Shown in pieces: positions 28,478 through 39,526 of a stretch of 64,000 bases of DNA. The DNA comes from Synechococcus sp. (GTDB lineage: Bacteria; Cyanobacteriota; Cyanobacteriia; PCC-6307; Cyanobiaceae). The notes under the pieces were generated by a model. That model had not been told where the DNA came from, did not search any database, and worked only from the letters and a program-made list of their open reading frames with translations. Location: assembly GCA_047285305.1 (NCBI GenBank), contig JBJBDL010000003.1, forward strand, positions 192,001-256,000, in the 5' to 3' direction. The position numbers were made by a program, and so were the translations under genes. Every line of letters starts with the position of its first letter. Within the stretch, counting starts at the first letter, position 1.

Positions 28478-29424
28478 GTCTCGCAGCCTTCGGCAGATCC
28501 CAGGAGATTACGGAAGGAGTCGATGGTGGGAGCAAGTCCTTGCTCCAGTGAGAAAGACGGCTGCCAGTTCAACTGCTCACGGGCGAGGTCAATCGCCGGT
28601 TGCCGCTGCTGAGGGTCATCCTGCGGCAAGGGTTTCTCCACCAACTGCAGCTTCGGGTTGATCTGGATCCGCACCAGCTCTGCCAGCTCTCGGATCGTGA
28701 ATTCGTCGGGATTGCCAAGGTTGATCGGGCCGGTGTGGTCGCCGTTCATCAGACGGATCAACCCATCAATCAGATCGCTCACGTAACAAAAGGAGCGGAT
28801 CTGGCTGCCATCGCCATACAGCGTCAGCGGTTCGCCCCGCAGAGCCTGAACGATGAAGTTGCTCACCACACGGCCGTCATCGGGGAGCATTCGCGGGCCA
28901 TAGGTGTTGAAGATGCGAGCCACCCGCACCTCCACCCCATTCATGCGCTGGTAATCAAAACAGAGGGTTTCTGCGATGCGCTTGCCCTCGTCGTAGCAGC
29001 TGCGTACACCGATCGGGTTCACAGAGCCCCAGTAGTTCTCCGGCTGAGGGTGCACCTCAGGATCGCCGTAGACCTCGCTGGTGCTGGCGAGCAGCAATCG
29101 CGCTCCCACCCGACGGGCCAATCCCAGCATGTTGTACGTGCCAAGAAAACTGGTCTTGGCTGTCTTAACCGGATTGAACTGATAGTGGATCGGCGAGGCG
29201 GGGCAGGCCATATGCCAGATCCGATCCACCTCCAGCTTGATCGGTTCCGTGACGTCGTGGCGGATGAGTTCGAAACGGGGATGGCCGATCCAGCGCGCAA
29301 TGTTGGCTTTACGGCCGGTGAAGTAATTATCGAGACAGATCACCTCATCGCCGTCCTCCATCAGCCGGTCGATCAGATGGGAGCCGAGGAAGCCGGCACC
29401 TCCAGTGACGAGGTGGATCTGCAT
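28474..29424 (-). CDS. UDP-glucuronic acid decarboxylase (UDP-xylose synthase family)
   Basis: [42 protein letters not shown]. Confidence 0.92.
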   Translation of the reverse strand: MQIHLVTGGAGFLGSHLIDRLMEDGDEVICLDNYFTGRKANIARWIGHPRFELIRHDVTEPIKLEVDRIWHMACPASPIHYQFNPVKTAKTSFLGTYNMLGLARRVGARLLLASTSEVYGDPEVHPQPENYWGSVNPIGVRSCYDEGKRIAETLCFDYQRMNGVEVRVARIFNTYGPRMLPDDGRVVSNFIVQALRGEPLTLYGDGSQIRSFCYVSDLIDGLIRLMNGDHTGPINLGNPDEFTIRELAELVRIQINPKLQLVEKPLPQDDPQQRQPAIDLAREQLNWQPSFSLEQGLAPTIDSFRNLLGSAEGCET

Positions 29425-29426
29425 CC

Positions 29427-30719
29427 TTAGGGGGTGAGCAGTTTCTCCACGATCGCGGCAACTGGGGCAAGCGCAACGGTGCATTCCTCAGCCTGCTGCT
29501 GCAACGGCTTCAAACGCACTTGGCCACTGCTGACTTCCTCATCTCCCAAAACCAGGGCCCATTGGGCACCACTGCGATCGGCCCGTTTGAACTGCTTGCC
29601 AAAGGCCGAGCCCGACGCATCCAACTCAACCCAAAGCCCAGCAGCCCGCAGGTCCCGCGCCAAGGCCAGGGCGACACGCTCGGCCTCCGCTCCACGGTTC
29701 ACCACGTAAACCTGGGGTGATGCATTCGCCGTCAGTCGAGCGGCAACACCCTGAGGATCCGTCTTCCCGGCGGCTTCCAACACAAGCAACAACCGTTCCA
29801 TGCCGAGAGCCCAACCGATAGCGGGAGTCGGGGGGCCTCCCAACTGACCAATCAGGCCGTCGTAACGACCACCACCGCAGACAGTGGCCTGGGCCCCAAG
29901 TTGATCGCTGGTGATCTCAAAAGCCGTGTGGCTGTAGTAGTCCAAGCCACGCACAAGCCGGGGATTGAGCCGGAAGGGAATCCCCAGGGCAGTCAGACCT
30001 CGCTGCACCTCTTCGAAACGTTCACGGCTGGCATCAGACAGGGCATCCGCAAGGGTGGGCGCGTCTGCCAGTAGCACCTGGGTGTCCTTGTTTTTGGAGT
30101 CGAGGATGCGCAACGGATTGGTGCTGAGCCTTGCCTGGGAATCGGGATCGAGCGCCTCCGAGCGCTGCTCGAGCCAGGCCACCAAAGCCTTGCGGTAGGC
30201 CTGACGGTCCTCCGACGTGCCAAGGCTATTGAGCTCTAGCTGCAAGCCACCAACACCAAGGCTGGCCAGCAAGTCCCAGGCCAGAGCAATCACCTCAACA
30301 TCGCTTCGGGCTCGTTCCGCCCCAAGCCACTCAACACCGATCTGATGAAACTGCCGCTGCCTTCCGGCCTGAGGGCGCTCGTAGCGAAACATCGGCCCCG
30401 AGTACCAGAGCTTCTGAGCGCCCTGACTGAGCAAGCCATGCTGCAGGGCGGCACGCACCACGGATGCGGTGCCTTCCGGCCGCAGAGTGCAGGAGCGATC
30501 TCCCCGATCCTGAAAGCTGTACATCTCCTTGCCCACCACGTCGGTGCCCTCACCGATGCCACGACAGAACAGATCCGTCGTCTCCAGGAGCGGCGTCCGG
30601 ATCTCACCAAACCCCGAACGCTGGAACTGCTCTCGGGCCTTGGCCTCAACGGCCTGCCAGCGCTGAAGCGCCTCCGGCAGCAGATCAACCATGCCCCTGA
30701 GGCTCTGGAGCTGACTCAC
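29427..30719 (-). CDS. hisS: Histidine--tRNA ligase
   Basis: [39 protein letters not shown]. Confidence 0.98.
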   Translation of the reverse strand: MSQLQSLRGMVDLLPEALQRWQAVEAKAREQFQRSGFGEIRTPLLETTDLFCRGIGEGTDVVGKEMYSFQDRGDRSCTLRPEGTASVVRAALQHGLLSQGAQKLWYSGPMFRYERPQAGRQRQFHQIGVEWLGAERARSDVEVIALAWDLLASLGVGGLQLELNSLGTSEDRQAYRKALVAWLEQRSEALDPDSQARLSTNPLRILDSKNKDTQVLLADAPTLADALSDASRERFEEVQRGLTALGIPFRLNPRLVRGLDYYSHTAFEITSDQLGAQATVCGGGRYDGLIGQLGGPPTPAIGWALGMERLLLVLEAAGKTDPQGVAARLTANASPQVYVVNRGAEAERVALALARDLRAAGLWVELDASGSAFGKQFKRADRSGAQWALVLGDEEVSSGQVRLKPLQQQAEECTVALAPVAAIVEKLLTP

Positions 30720-30760
30720 GTGCAGGATGCGGGTACAGCGGCACAGTCTGCCGGGTGGCC

Positions 30761-32011
30761 TCAGGCCACGATGCTGCGGCTCGCCACAAGATCCATCAAG
30801 GCCAGCTGTCGGGTGACGCAGGCATTCAATTCATAGCTACGTTCTACTGTCTCGCGGGCGGCCACACCAAACGCAGCAGCTCGATCTGGATCGTTGAGCA
30901 TCTCAACCACCGCCGCGGCCAGATCGTTGGGCGAAAAGATATCCACCAATAAACCGTTCTGGCCGTGACGAACGACCTCCCGCACCGGAGCCGTGTCGGA
31001 ACCCACCACCGCACAACCGCAGCCCATGGCCTCCAACAGGCTCCAGCTCATCACAAAGGGATAGGTGAGATAGACGTGACAGGCGGAGATCTGCAGTAGG
31101 GGAATGAACTGGCTGTAGGGCAGTTTTCCGGTGAAATGAACCCGGCTGTGGTCATACCTACCCTTGATCTCCGCCAAAAAATGATCCATCCATTCGCCAT
31201 CGGGACATGCAGCGCCGTAGCTCACCCCCTTGGTCTTACCGACGATCACCAAACGCGCTTCAGGGTATAACCGTTGCAGTTCAGGGATGGCCCGGATGAA
31301 GGTGTGGCAGCCCCGGTAGGGCTCCAGGCAACGGTTCACAAAGGTGACGATCGGTTGACCCTTCTCCAGCACTGTGCCGTCTGGAAGCTTGAGCGGTGCG
31401 GGGGATGGATTTGGACGGGCATGGTGAAGGTCTATACCGTCATGGATCACGCTGATTTTTTGGCGCCAGTGCTTAGGAAAGCTGCTGGCCTGGAAATGGG
31501 TAGGGGAGACGTTCCAGTCCGCTTGCTCCAGGGTGAGATGCAAATAAGCGTTTTTCATAGCCAACTTCGCCTGCTCTTTCCAACTGCGATTGGCCTCGAA
31601 TTCGAGGTCAAAATTGGTGTCGAAACCGAACTCGTTGTAGAAGAACTCCTGATAGCAAAGCAGTGGCGTATCGGGCCAGATCGCCTTCAGGAAAAGAGGT
31701 TCACCCCACCCTGGATGGGCACAAATCAAATCAGGCGTGAAGCCTTGCGCCTTGAGCTGTTCAGCAGCACGAGCACAGCCCTCGGCACGAATGATCTTGG
31801 ATTCTGTTTCCACTAAGAAGGGATGAACACCATCTGTGTTGCGGCGATCGAGGCGGTAACGGAAGTGGTTGAGGCCCTCTGGAATTCCGCACCCGCGATC
31901 CAACTCCTTAATACCCAGTGCTACCAAGTGGTGCTGCCCCTGCTGGGCCAGCCGCCGAATGATGTGGACGTACTGCCCGGGGAAGTTCTGATGAATGAAA
32001 AGAATCCGCAC
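30761..32011 (-). CDS. Glycosyltransferase family 4
   Basis: [35 protein letters not shown]. Confidence 0.9.
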   Translation of the reverse strand: MRILFIHQNFPGQYVHIIRRLAQQGQHHLVALGIKELDRGCGIPEGLNHFRYRLDRRNTDGVHPFLVETESKIIRAEGCARAAEQLKAQGFTPDLICAHPGWGEPLFLKAIWPDTPLLCYQEFFYNEFGFDTNFDLEFEANRSWKEQAKLAMKNAYLHLTLEQADWNVSPTHFQASSFPKHWRQKISVIHDGIDLHHARPNPSPAPLKLPDGTVLEKGQPIVTFVNRCLEPYRGCHTFIRAIPELQRLYPEARLVIVGKTKGVSYGAACPDGEWMDHFLAEIKGRYDHSRVHFTGKLPYSQFIPLLQISACHVYLTYPFVMSWSLLEAMGCGCAVVGSDTAPVREVVRHGQNGLLVDIFSPNDLAAAVVEMLNDPDRAAAFGVAARETVERSYELNACVTRQLALMDLVASRSIVA

Positions 32012-32015
32012 TGAC

Positions 32016-32520
32016 TCAGAGACGCTGCAGCGATTTCGCCTTGTCTTGAGATTCTCCCAGTAGCAACCGAAAACAAGACACCTTGCGCAGCTTGATGTTC
32101 GCCGTCAAGCTCATGCCCACCTGCAGGGGCAAGGACGATCAACTCTTGAGCGTGAGCTGCTGATCATCCAGCTGAATTGTGACCGAAAACTGAGTTCCCG
32201 ACGCTGCTCGTGGGAATAAGGCTCCAGTTCATCGGAACCGATGCGGGTTGCTTTGCCCCTGAGAACTCCGAAGTCACTGGAGGGGAAAGAGTCGATGCTG
32301 ATGTCAGCAAACGAACAGGCATCAGCATCGTCTGGGCAACCCTGTGGCACCTGCACGAAACCGATCGTGTTGCTTGGTACCTCCACACTCGCTTCCAGCG
32401 AACCAAGCAACACCACCAATGGCTTGAGCAAGTTGACCCGATCGAGCAGGGACAAACCCTCCACGCTGATCCAACGCTTAAAGACCGGAAGCAGGCTTCC
32501 TCTTTCCACAGGCTCATAGC
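32016..32520 (-). pseudogene. Fused remnant of type I secretion locus (HlyD C-terminus, probably joined to a PPIase-type N-terminus)
   Basis: HlyD-like segments GSLEASVEVPSNTIGFV, ADISIDSFPSSDFGVLRG and QLDDQQLTLKS*SSLPLQVGMSLTANIKLRK...DKAKSLQRL* are interrupted by a frameshift and an in-frame stop. Confidence 0.75.
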
Positions 32521-32611
32521 AATGGGCGAAAATTAAGTTGAATCGCGCAGGTCATCAGGCTGTCGCAATGCATTTGATTCAGGATCAATGAATCAGAGGA
32601 AGGGGAAGGAT

Positions 32612-33646
32612 ATGGTTCGGCGCGTGCTCATTACCGGAGGTGCGGGCTTCATCGGCAGTCACACCTGCCTTGTGCTACTGGAACAGGGCCATGAACTCGT
32701 GGTTCTGGACAACTTTGACAACAGCAGTCCGGAAGCTCTACGGAGGGTGCAGGAGCTGGCGGGTTCAACCCAACTGACCCTGGTGGAGGGGGACGTGCGG
32801 GACCCCAGCGCTGTAGATCAGGCCTTCAGCGCCAGCGGAACCGTGGATGGCGTGATTCACTTCGCCGGACTTAAAGCCGTGGGGGAATCGGTCGCCGACC
32901 CCCTCCTTTACTGGGATGTGAATGTGAATGGCAGCCGCGTTCTGGCGGCAGCGATGGACCGCCACGACTGCCGAACCCTGGTATTCAGCAGCACATCGAC
33001 CGCCTACGGAGAACCCGAGACGTTCCCACTGCGGGAAGAGATGCCAACGGCGCCGGGGAATCCTTATGCCGAAACCAAGGTTGCTGTAGAGCAGATGTTG
33101 ACGGCCCTTTGCCGCTCGGGCTCCTGGCAGGTGGCCTGCCTGCGCTACTTCAATCCCGTCGGTGCTCACCCAAGCGGGCGGATTGGTGAAGACCCGATGG
33201 GAATTCCCAACAACCTATTCCCCTTCATGACACAGGTGGCTGCAGGCCGACGCGATCGGTTGTTGATTTTCGGGCAGGACTACTCCACACCAGATGGCAC
33301 ATGCATCCGCGATTACCTACATGTGATGGATCTAGCCGAAGCCCATGGCATGGCACTGGAGCACCTGTGGAAAAGAACAGCACCTGATCCATTGACCCTG
33401 AACATTGGGACTGGCCACGGTCTCAGCGTCTTGGAGATGGTGCGTGGATTCGAACAAGCCACAGGAGTAACCATCCCCTTGGAATTTATAGAGCGTCGTC
33501 CTGGCGACGTGCCTCGCTCACTGGCATCCCCTCAGAAAGCGCAAACCGTGCTCGGTTGGAGTGCCCATCGAACTCTTGAAGAGATGTGCCGGGATGGCTG
33601 GGCCTGGCAGCAGGCCAATCCAACGGGGTATCTCCCCAACCCATGA
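32612..33646 (+). CDS. galE: UDP-glucose 4-epimerase
   Basis: TGGAGFIGSH, HFAGLKAVGES, LRYFNPVGAH, RDYLHV. Confidence 0.93.
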   Translation: MVRRVLITGGAGFIGSHTCLVLLEQGHELVVLDNFDNSSPEALRRVQELAGSTQLTLVEGDVRDPSAVDQAFSASGTVDGVIHFAGLKAVGESVADPLLYWDVNVNGSRVLAAAMDRHDCRTLVFSSTSTAYGEPETFPLREEMPTAPGNPYAETKVAVEQMLTALCRSGSWQVACLRYFNPVGAHPSGRIGEDPMGIPNNLFPFMTQVAAGRRDRLLIFGQDYSTPDGTCIRDYLHVMDLAEAHGMALEHLWKRTAPDPLTLNIGTGHGLSVLEMVRGFEQATGVTIPLEFIERRPGDVPRSLASPQKAQTVLGWSAHRTLEEMCRDGWAWQQANPTGYLPNP

Positions 33647-35670
33647 CTGCAGCTTGTGGGCTGATTTTGGCCGGCGGAGGCCACAGCCATGCGCTTCTGC
33701 TCAAACGCTGGGCGATGAGGCCGGAGAGACGCCCGCCGCAGAACATCACACTGGTAAACCGCAGCAGCACAGCGCTTTATTCCGGCATGGTGCCGGGGTT
33801 AATTGCTGGCGTCTATGAGCGCGACGAGCTCGCCATCGACCTACGCCAGCTCTGTGACCGGGCTGGGGTGGCCTTCGTGGAAGCAGAAATCACTGGTTTG
33901 AGCCCTCAAGCCAAGCTTCTGAGGCTGCGCGATCGACCTGCACTCCACTTCGACTGGCTCAGCCTCAATGTGGGCGCCGTCAGCAGGCCGAGTGCCGCTG
34001 GAATCCCCATCAAGCCTCTGGAGGCCTCGCTCGCCTTTCTCGAAAGCGAAGACCCAGACGATCCGAAACCCCTGCGGGTGATCGGAGCGGGAGCTGCCGG
34101 TCTGGAAGTCGTCTTAGCGCTGCGTCGGCGCTGGCCACAGCGGAAGCTGCAACTGCAACATCGCAACGGACAGCTGGATCGAGGCATCCAGAAGGTGCTT
34201 CAACGGGGCCAAATCGCATTAATCGACGACGACAGTCACTACAGCGGACCAACCCTGCTCTGTACTGGAAGCCAGGGTCCTTCCTGGCTGGCAACGGCCG
34301 GTCTGCCTGTGGATTCCGATGGCCGAATCCGCACCGATCGCTTCTTGCGGGTGGAAGGACATCCATCCCTGTTCGCCAGCGGTGACTGTGCTGTGATCAG
34401 CGCATCACCCCGGCCAGCGTCAGGAGTCTGGGCGGTGCGCGCCGGACTACCTTTGGCCACCAATCTAGAAGCATGCTGCGAAGGCAAAGCCCTGCGCCCT
34501 TGGCAGCCACAACGCCAGGCACTTCAACTGATTGGCAGCCATCAAGATGCCGCTTGGGCGCGTTGGAGCGGCTGGCGACTGGGACCATCTCCCCTGCTCT
34601 GGCGGCTGAAGCAACGCATCGATCGCGCATTCATGGCCGGCTTTCTGCAGCCAGCGGCCATGGCCAGTGCAGCCCCGATGGCTTGCCGGGGTTGCGCCGC
34701 CAAGTTGCCGGCCCAACCCCTGGCCGCAGCCCTAGAGCGAGTGGGGCTTGGGAGGCAACCCGAAGACGCCGCCTTTCTGCCGGGAAGAGAAGAGCTGCTG
34801 CAAAGCATGGATGGCTTTCCAGCCCTGGTTAGTGACCCCTGGCTCAACGGCCGCCTAACTGCCCTGCATGCCTGCTCGGACCTCTGGGCTTGCGGCGCCC
34901 ATGTCTCCAGCGCCATGGCAACGGTCACGTTGCCGATGGTCCCGGCCAGTGAACAGCAGGAGCTGCTAGCGCAGACCCTTGCGGGCATCCGCTCGGTGCT
35001 GGCGGAACAGGGAGCGGAGCTGATCGGTGGCCACACGATGGAATCCCGCAGCGCATCACCGGTACCGGCCAGCCTCGGGGTTCAGATCACCCTCACAGTG
35101 AACGGCAGCAGCCCCAAAACGCCATGGCTGAAAACGGGCCTACGCCCAGGCGATGCCCTGCTGATAAGTCGCCCCCTTGGCACTGGAGTGCTGTTTGCAG
35201 GGGCCATGACCGGCACCACCAAGGCGACTGACCTGGATGCTGCACTGAAAGGCATGGCATGCAGCCAGCACCTGCTGCTTGAACAGATCGAACCAATCCG
35301 CGAAAGCATTCACGCCTGCACCGACATCACCGGGTTCGGCCTACTCGGGCATTTGGGTGAGATGCTCCAGAACAGCCCAGGGCTGACCGTCGAGCTGGAC
35401 GGTTCTGCCATCCCGACCTACTCCGGAGCACTTGAGCTGTTCGAACGCGGTATCTCCAGCACCCTGGCCCCCTCCAACCGAGCCGCCTGGCAATGGCTGG
35501 AGGGCCCGGTTCAGCTGAAACAACATCCTTCAGCATCCTTACTGGAGCTATTGGTGGATCCGCAGACCTGCGGCCCGCTGTTGCTGGCCTGCAGCAGCGA
35601 AACCGCAGCACAGGTCACTCAGAACGGCACGTGGCTCAAGATCGGCAGCGCAACAGCCGCGCATGGGTGA
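33643..35670 (+). CDS. selD: Selenide,water dikinase with N-terminal FAD/pyridine nucleotide-disulfide oxidoreductase domain
   Basis: N-terminal GGGHSH, YSGMVPG, GAGAAG, FASGDCA. C-terminal CRGCAAK, GGHT, LGTG, TDITGFGLLGH, DPQT. Confidence 0.88.
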   Translation: MTAACGLILAGGGHSHALLLKRWAMRPERRPPQNITLVNRSSTALYSGMVPGLIAGVYERDELAIDLRQLCDRAGVAFVEAEITGLSPQAKLLRLRDRPALHFDWLSLNVGAVSRPSAAGIPIKPLEASLAFLESEDPDDPKPLRVIGAGAAGLEVVLALRRRWPQRKLQLQHRNGQLDRGIQKVLQRGQIALIDDDSHYSGPTLLCTGSQGPSWLATAGLPVDSDGRIRTDRFLRVEGHPSLFASGDCAVISASPRPASGVWAVRAGLPLATNLEACCEGKALRPWQPQRQALQLIGSHQDAAWARWSGWRLGPSPLLWRLKQRIDRAFMAGFLQPAAMASAAPMACRGCAAKLPAQPLAAALERVGLGRQPEDAAFLPGREELLQSMDGFPALVSDPWLNGRLTALHACSDLWACGAHVSSAMATVTLPMVPASEQQELLAQTLAGIRSVLAEQGAELIGGHTMESRSASPVPASLGVQITLTVNGSSPKTPWLKTGLRPGDALLISRPLGTGVLFAGAMTGTTKATDLDAALKGMACSQHLLLEQIEPIRESIHACTDITGFGLLGHLGEMLQNSPGLTVELDGSAIPTYSGALELFERGISSTLAPSNRAAWQWLEGPVQLKQHPSASLLELLVDPQTCGPLLLACSSETAAQVTQNGTWLKIGSATAAHG

Positions 35671-35952
35671 GGTCGGTTACCTGCGGCGGCCCACTGCTGG
35701 CCAACCAAAGTTGCTGCGGCTGATCCTGACCCTGCAGTCTTGGCTTCCAGATCCCCATTGTCCCCAAGGCGCTAAGGAGAGAAAACCCGCTTCATAGCTG
35801 CCTCCATCCGATAGCTGAGGTTGAACAATCGCGGGCGTGGGCTGACCAAAAGGACTGATCTCGTTCCCGCACCCCCAATACCGGCTCCAAGCTGCTGAAC
35901 GCTGGTCCCCACCAGCAGGCCAACAGCAACACCAGCACAAGCCAGCTGCGTT

Positions 35953-37164
35953 TCATCGACTGCGGTCCTGTGCTGCACTGCGCTGCCGACGCAACTCCGC
36001 ACCGATCGCTGGCCCAGGCTGCCATCCCGCGGCGATCAGGTCACCCGCCGTTTGCTGCGCCTGAATCCTGCGCCAGCGGCCCCACCAGCGCAGCAGGCAT
36101 TTCCATTGCGGAGGGCGGAGGGTCACCGCAAGGGCCACCGCCTCCGGCGAGCAACCCTGATGCTCGAGGGCCGACGACCACATCGACGGAGAAGCCTCCA
36201 AGGGAGGAGAAGCATCAACCAACCAGTCGCAAAGGGCTCCGCACTGCTGCAGCCATTGCTGTTGCTTGCCGGGAATCTGCAACCGTTGCGCGACTGCAAC
36301 AGGGTCCGCTGCTCCCAACAGAAGAGCAGGCATCAGGGGAAGGCCCAGCCGTCGGGACCAGCGCAGCCGCTGCGTGCGCCTTGAATCGTTCTGAAGTTGG
36401 GGGTCCAACAACGGCATTGCCTGCCACTCGTCCAACAGGTCCAGCGCCTGCTGCCAGGGTTCCCGTTCCAGCAGCCGCTCCAACTCCATCCGTAGTCGTG
36501 TAGCAAGGGCCGGCGGTGCCGCCATGCCGGGATCTCCCTGACGCCAGCTCCAGGGCCAAATTTGAATGGTGCTGCTGATCTGGGCACGACTCTCCATCGA
36601 GAGTTGGAAACCCAGCCGAGCGGCATAGCGGGCAGCGCGAATCACCCGGGTGGGGTCGTCCTGAACGCTTCCGGCATGCAGAAACCGCAACTGTCCGGCT
36701 GCGAGGTCCTCCTGACCATGGTGGAGATCGATCAGCTCATTGCCCACCAGATCGAGGGCCATGGCATTGACCGTGAAATCGCGGCGCGCAAGGTCAGCCT
36801 GGAGGGTGCCCGCTTGCACCACGGGATTCTCCGCAAGGGCGGGGTAGTGCTCCTGTCGCGCCGTCGCCAGATCGAGGGGAATTCCATCCAGTTGAAACGC
36901 CACCGTGCCGAAGGCCCCATGCTCCTGAACATCGGTGATGCGTTCAGAACCGACCTGGCGAATCAATTCCTCGACAAGCGCAGCGGCATGATCCTCCACC
37001 ACCCAGTCCAGATCGGGCACACCCGACCAGGCTCGACCAAAGCGCTGATGCAGCAGCTGATCGCGCACGACACCACCGACCAACGCCAGACGTGAAATAC
37101 CAAGAGCTTGAGCCGCTCCCTGCAACGCCTCCAGAACAGAAGACGGCACACCTAGAAGATCCAT
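35953..37164 (-). CDS. cca: CCA tRNA nucleotidyltransferase / poly(A) polymerase family
   Basis: VGGVVRD, DLD, FGT, DLARRDFTVNAMA, DDPTRVIRAARY. Confidence 0.9.
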   Translation of the reverse strand: MDLLGVPSSVLEALQGAAQALGISRLALVGGVVRDQLLHQRFGRAWSGVPDLDWVVEDHAAALVEELIRQVGSERITDVQEHGAFGTVAFQLDGIPLDLATARQEHYPALAENPVVQAGTLQADLARRDFTVNAMALDLVGNELIDLHHGQEDLAAGQLRFLHAGSVQDDPTRVIRAARYAARLGFQLSMESRAQISSTIQIWPWSWRQGDPGMAAPPALATRLRMELERLLEREPWQQALDLLDEWQAMPLLDPQLQNDSRRTQRLRWSRRLGLPLMPALLLGAADPVAVAQRLQIPGKQQQWLQQCGALCDWLVDASPPLEASPSMWSSALEHQGCSPEAVALAVTLRPPQWKCLLRWWGRWRRIQAQQTAGDLIAAGWQPGPAIGAELRRQRSAAQDRSR

Positions 37165-37203
37165 TGGTGGGCGTGCAGGAGAATGGTCTGATCATCACGG
37201 ATT

Positions 37204-38196
37204 TTGTTCTTGTCCGCTCTCACCCGCTGCCTTCAGGAGGAAGCCTCAGCGATCGCCACTGCTGCCGAACGCCTGAGCAGCGACCAGGTGGAAGCGGCCC
37301 TCGCTCTGCTGGAGCGATGTGCCGATCGCAAGGCCAAGCTGGTGATCACGGGTGTGGGCAAGAGCGGCATCGTGGCCCGCAAGATCGCGGCCACCTTTTC
37401 CTCGATCGGGCTGATGGCTCTGTTCCTCAATCCCACCGACGCACTCCATGGAGATCTGGGGGTTGTGGCCGCCGAGGACGTCTGCCTTCTGCTGTCCAAC
37501 AGCGGTGAAACAACCGAACTGTTGGAGGTGCTGCCCCACCTGACGCGCCGTGGAACGGGGCGGATCGCCATCGTTGGACGGGCTGACTCCTCCCTGGCCC
37601 GAGGCAGTGACGTGGTGCTTGAAGCCGGTGTGGACCGTGAAGTGTGTCCCCTGAACCTGGCGCCCACCGCCAGCACCGCTGTGGCCATGGCCATTGGCGA
37701 CGCCCTAGCCGCGGTTTGGATGGAACGGCGCGGCATCTCGCCGGCGGATTTCGCCCTGAATCACCCCGCCGGCTCGCTGGGCAAACAGCTGACCCTCACG
37801 GCCGCCGACTTGATGGTGCCCGCCAGCCAACTGCACCCCCTACAGCCCAACACCCCCTTGCCCGAGGTGATCGGCGGGCTGACGCGCGACGGCATCGGCA
37901 GTGGTTGGGTTGAAAACCCGGACAGCCCAGGAAGCCTGCTCGGCATCCTCACGGATGGTGATCTACGCCGCGCCCTGCAGGATCACGGGGCTGAAACCTG
38001 GAGCGAGCTGACGGCAAAGGATTTGATGACCGCTGATCCGATCACGGTGAATGCCGAAGTTTTGGTTGTGAAGGCCCTGGAGCAGATGGAACACAACCGG
38101 CGAAAACCCATCTCGGTGCTCCCCGTGGTGAATCAAGAGCACCAACTGATGGGTCTACTGCGCCTGCATGATCTGGTTCAGGCCGGACTCGCATGA
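37204..38196 (+). CDS. kdsD: Arabinose-5-phosphate isomerase (KpsF/GutQ, SIS+CBS)
   Basis: GVGKSG, ALHGDLG, SNSGET, APTAST, HPAGSLG, CBS pair. Confidence 0.93.
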   Translation: MFLSALTRCLQEEASAIATAAERLSSDQVEAALALLERCADRKAKLVITGVGKSGIVARKIAATFSSIGLMALFLNPTDALHGDLGVVAAEDVCLLLSNSGETTELLEVLPHLTRRGTGRIAIVGRADSSLARGSDVVLEAGVDREVCPLNLAPTASTAVAMAIGDALAAVWMERRGISPADFALNHPAGSLGKQLTLTAADLMVPASQLHPLQPNTPLPEVIGGLTRDGIGSGWVENPDSPGSLLGILTDGDLRRALQDHGAETWSELTAKDLMTADPITVNAEVLVVKALEQMEHNRRKPISVLPVVNQEHQLMGLLRLHDLVQAGLA

Positions 38197-38744
38197 AGGC
38201 ACTGCGTTGGTGGTTGCTGCGGCGCCAGCTGGGATCCATTCAGCTGCTCGTGCTTGATGTGGATGGAGTGCTCACCGATGGGGGCCTCTGGTTCGATGCC
38301 GAGGGGCAGCTGAGCAAGCGCTTCGATGTGCGCGATGGGCTTGGGATCCGCTTGCTGCAACAGGCGGGGATTGAAATCGCCTTCCTCAGCGGTGGCCAGG
38401 GAGGAGCGACGGAGGTGCGTGCACGGCAACTGGGCATCAACCATTGCCTCGTGGGCATCAAAGACAAGCCGGCCGCCCTCACGGGCCTTCAGAACCACGT
38501 AGGGGTGAGCGTCGAGCAGACCGCCTTCGTGGGAGACGACCTCAACGATCTGGCCGTTCGGCCGGTGATTGGTCTGCTGTTCGCCCCCGCCGACGCCTGT
38601 CAGCCCGTCCGACGCGGTGCCGATGCTGTGCTTCGCCGGCATGGTGGCCATGGAGCCATCCGCGAGCTGGCGGAGAGAATCCTTAAGGCGCGTGGACGCT
38701 GGGGACGACTGAGTCGCGACGGCTGGAAGGACCGCAACGACTGA
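38193..38744 (+). CDS. kdsC: Kdo-8-phosphate phosphatase
   Basis: DVDGVLTDG, DGLG, GDDLND, GGHGAIRE. Confidence 0.93.
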   Translation: MKALRWWLLRRQLGSIQLLVLDVDGVLTDGGLWFDAEGQLSKRFDVRDGLGIRLLQQAGIEIAFLSGGQGGATEVRARQLGINHCLVGIKDKPAALTGLQNHVGVSVEQTAFVGDDLNDLAVRPVIGLLFAPADACQPVRRGADAVLRRHGGHGAIRELAERILKARGRWGRLSRDGWKDRND

Positions 38745-38746
38745 GA

Positions 38747-39526
38747 TCAGGCCATTGCCCGGGCCTGTTCCAACTGCTCAGCAGTGTCCACCGACAGCGA
38801 GGTGCCCTGCACCGGGAAGGTGGCGATGGTGAGGCCCGCTTCGATCAGCCGCAGCTGCTCGAGCCGTTCCAGATCTTCCAGCGGGGAGGCCGGCAACTGA
38901 TCCCAGCCAGCGAGCACGTCTCCCCGGAAGCCATACATGCCCACATGACCCCAGTAGATGGTGTGCTGATGCCATTCCGCCTCAGCCACATCACGCACAT
39001 GGGGAATGGCGGATCGAGAGAAGTACAAGGCGCGGCCGTCGTGGGCCAGCAGGGTCTTCACCACATTGGGGTTATGCACCGATTCGGGCTTGAGCCCATA
39101 AACGGGGGTGACCACAGCGGGCACCGGGTCCCGGCTCTGGAACTCCTCGGCCATGGCATCGATCACAGCAGGATCGATGAACGGTTGATCGCCTTGCACG
39201 TTGATGACGGCAGTTTCTTCGGCAACGGGATCCGCGTCCCCCCAGGCCAGGGCCATGAGGGATGGGGCGACCGATGCGATGCGCTCACTGCCGGAGGTGC
39301 ACGACTCCGCTGTCATCAACACCGGAAAGCCCCAGCCCTCTGCCTTGGCCTTTAACTCGGCGCTGTCGGTGCACAGCACAACCGCTTCAACGCTGCGGGA
39401 CTGACGGCACCGTTCGAGAACACGCTGGATCATCGGTTGGCCGCCGATGTCCGCCAGGACTTTGTTGGGCAATCGGGAGGACTGCAACCGGGCCGGAACT
39501 GCCACCACACACTTACGAATCGCCAT
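38747..39526 (-). CDS. kdsB: CMP-Kdo synthetase
   Basis: PARLQSSRLPNK, NVQGDQP, YFSRS, LEQLR, SVDT. Confidence 0.94.
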   Translation of the reverse strand: MAIRKCVVAVPARLQSSRLPNKVLADIGGQPMIQRVLERCRQSRSVEAVVLCTDSAELKAKAEGWGFPVLMTAESCTSGSERIASVAPSLMALAWGDADPVAEETAVINVQGDQPFIDPAVIDAMAEEFQSRDPVPAVVTPVYGLKPESVHNPNVVKTLLAHDGRALYFSRSAIPHVRDVAEAEWHQHTIYWGHVGMYGFRGDVLAGWDQLPASPLEDLERLEQLRLIEAGLTIATFPVQGTSLSVDTAEQLEQARAMA

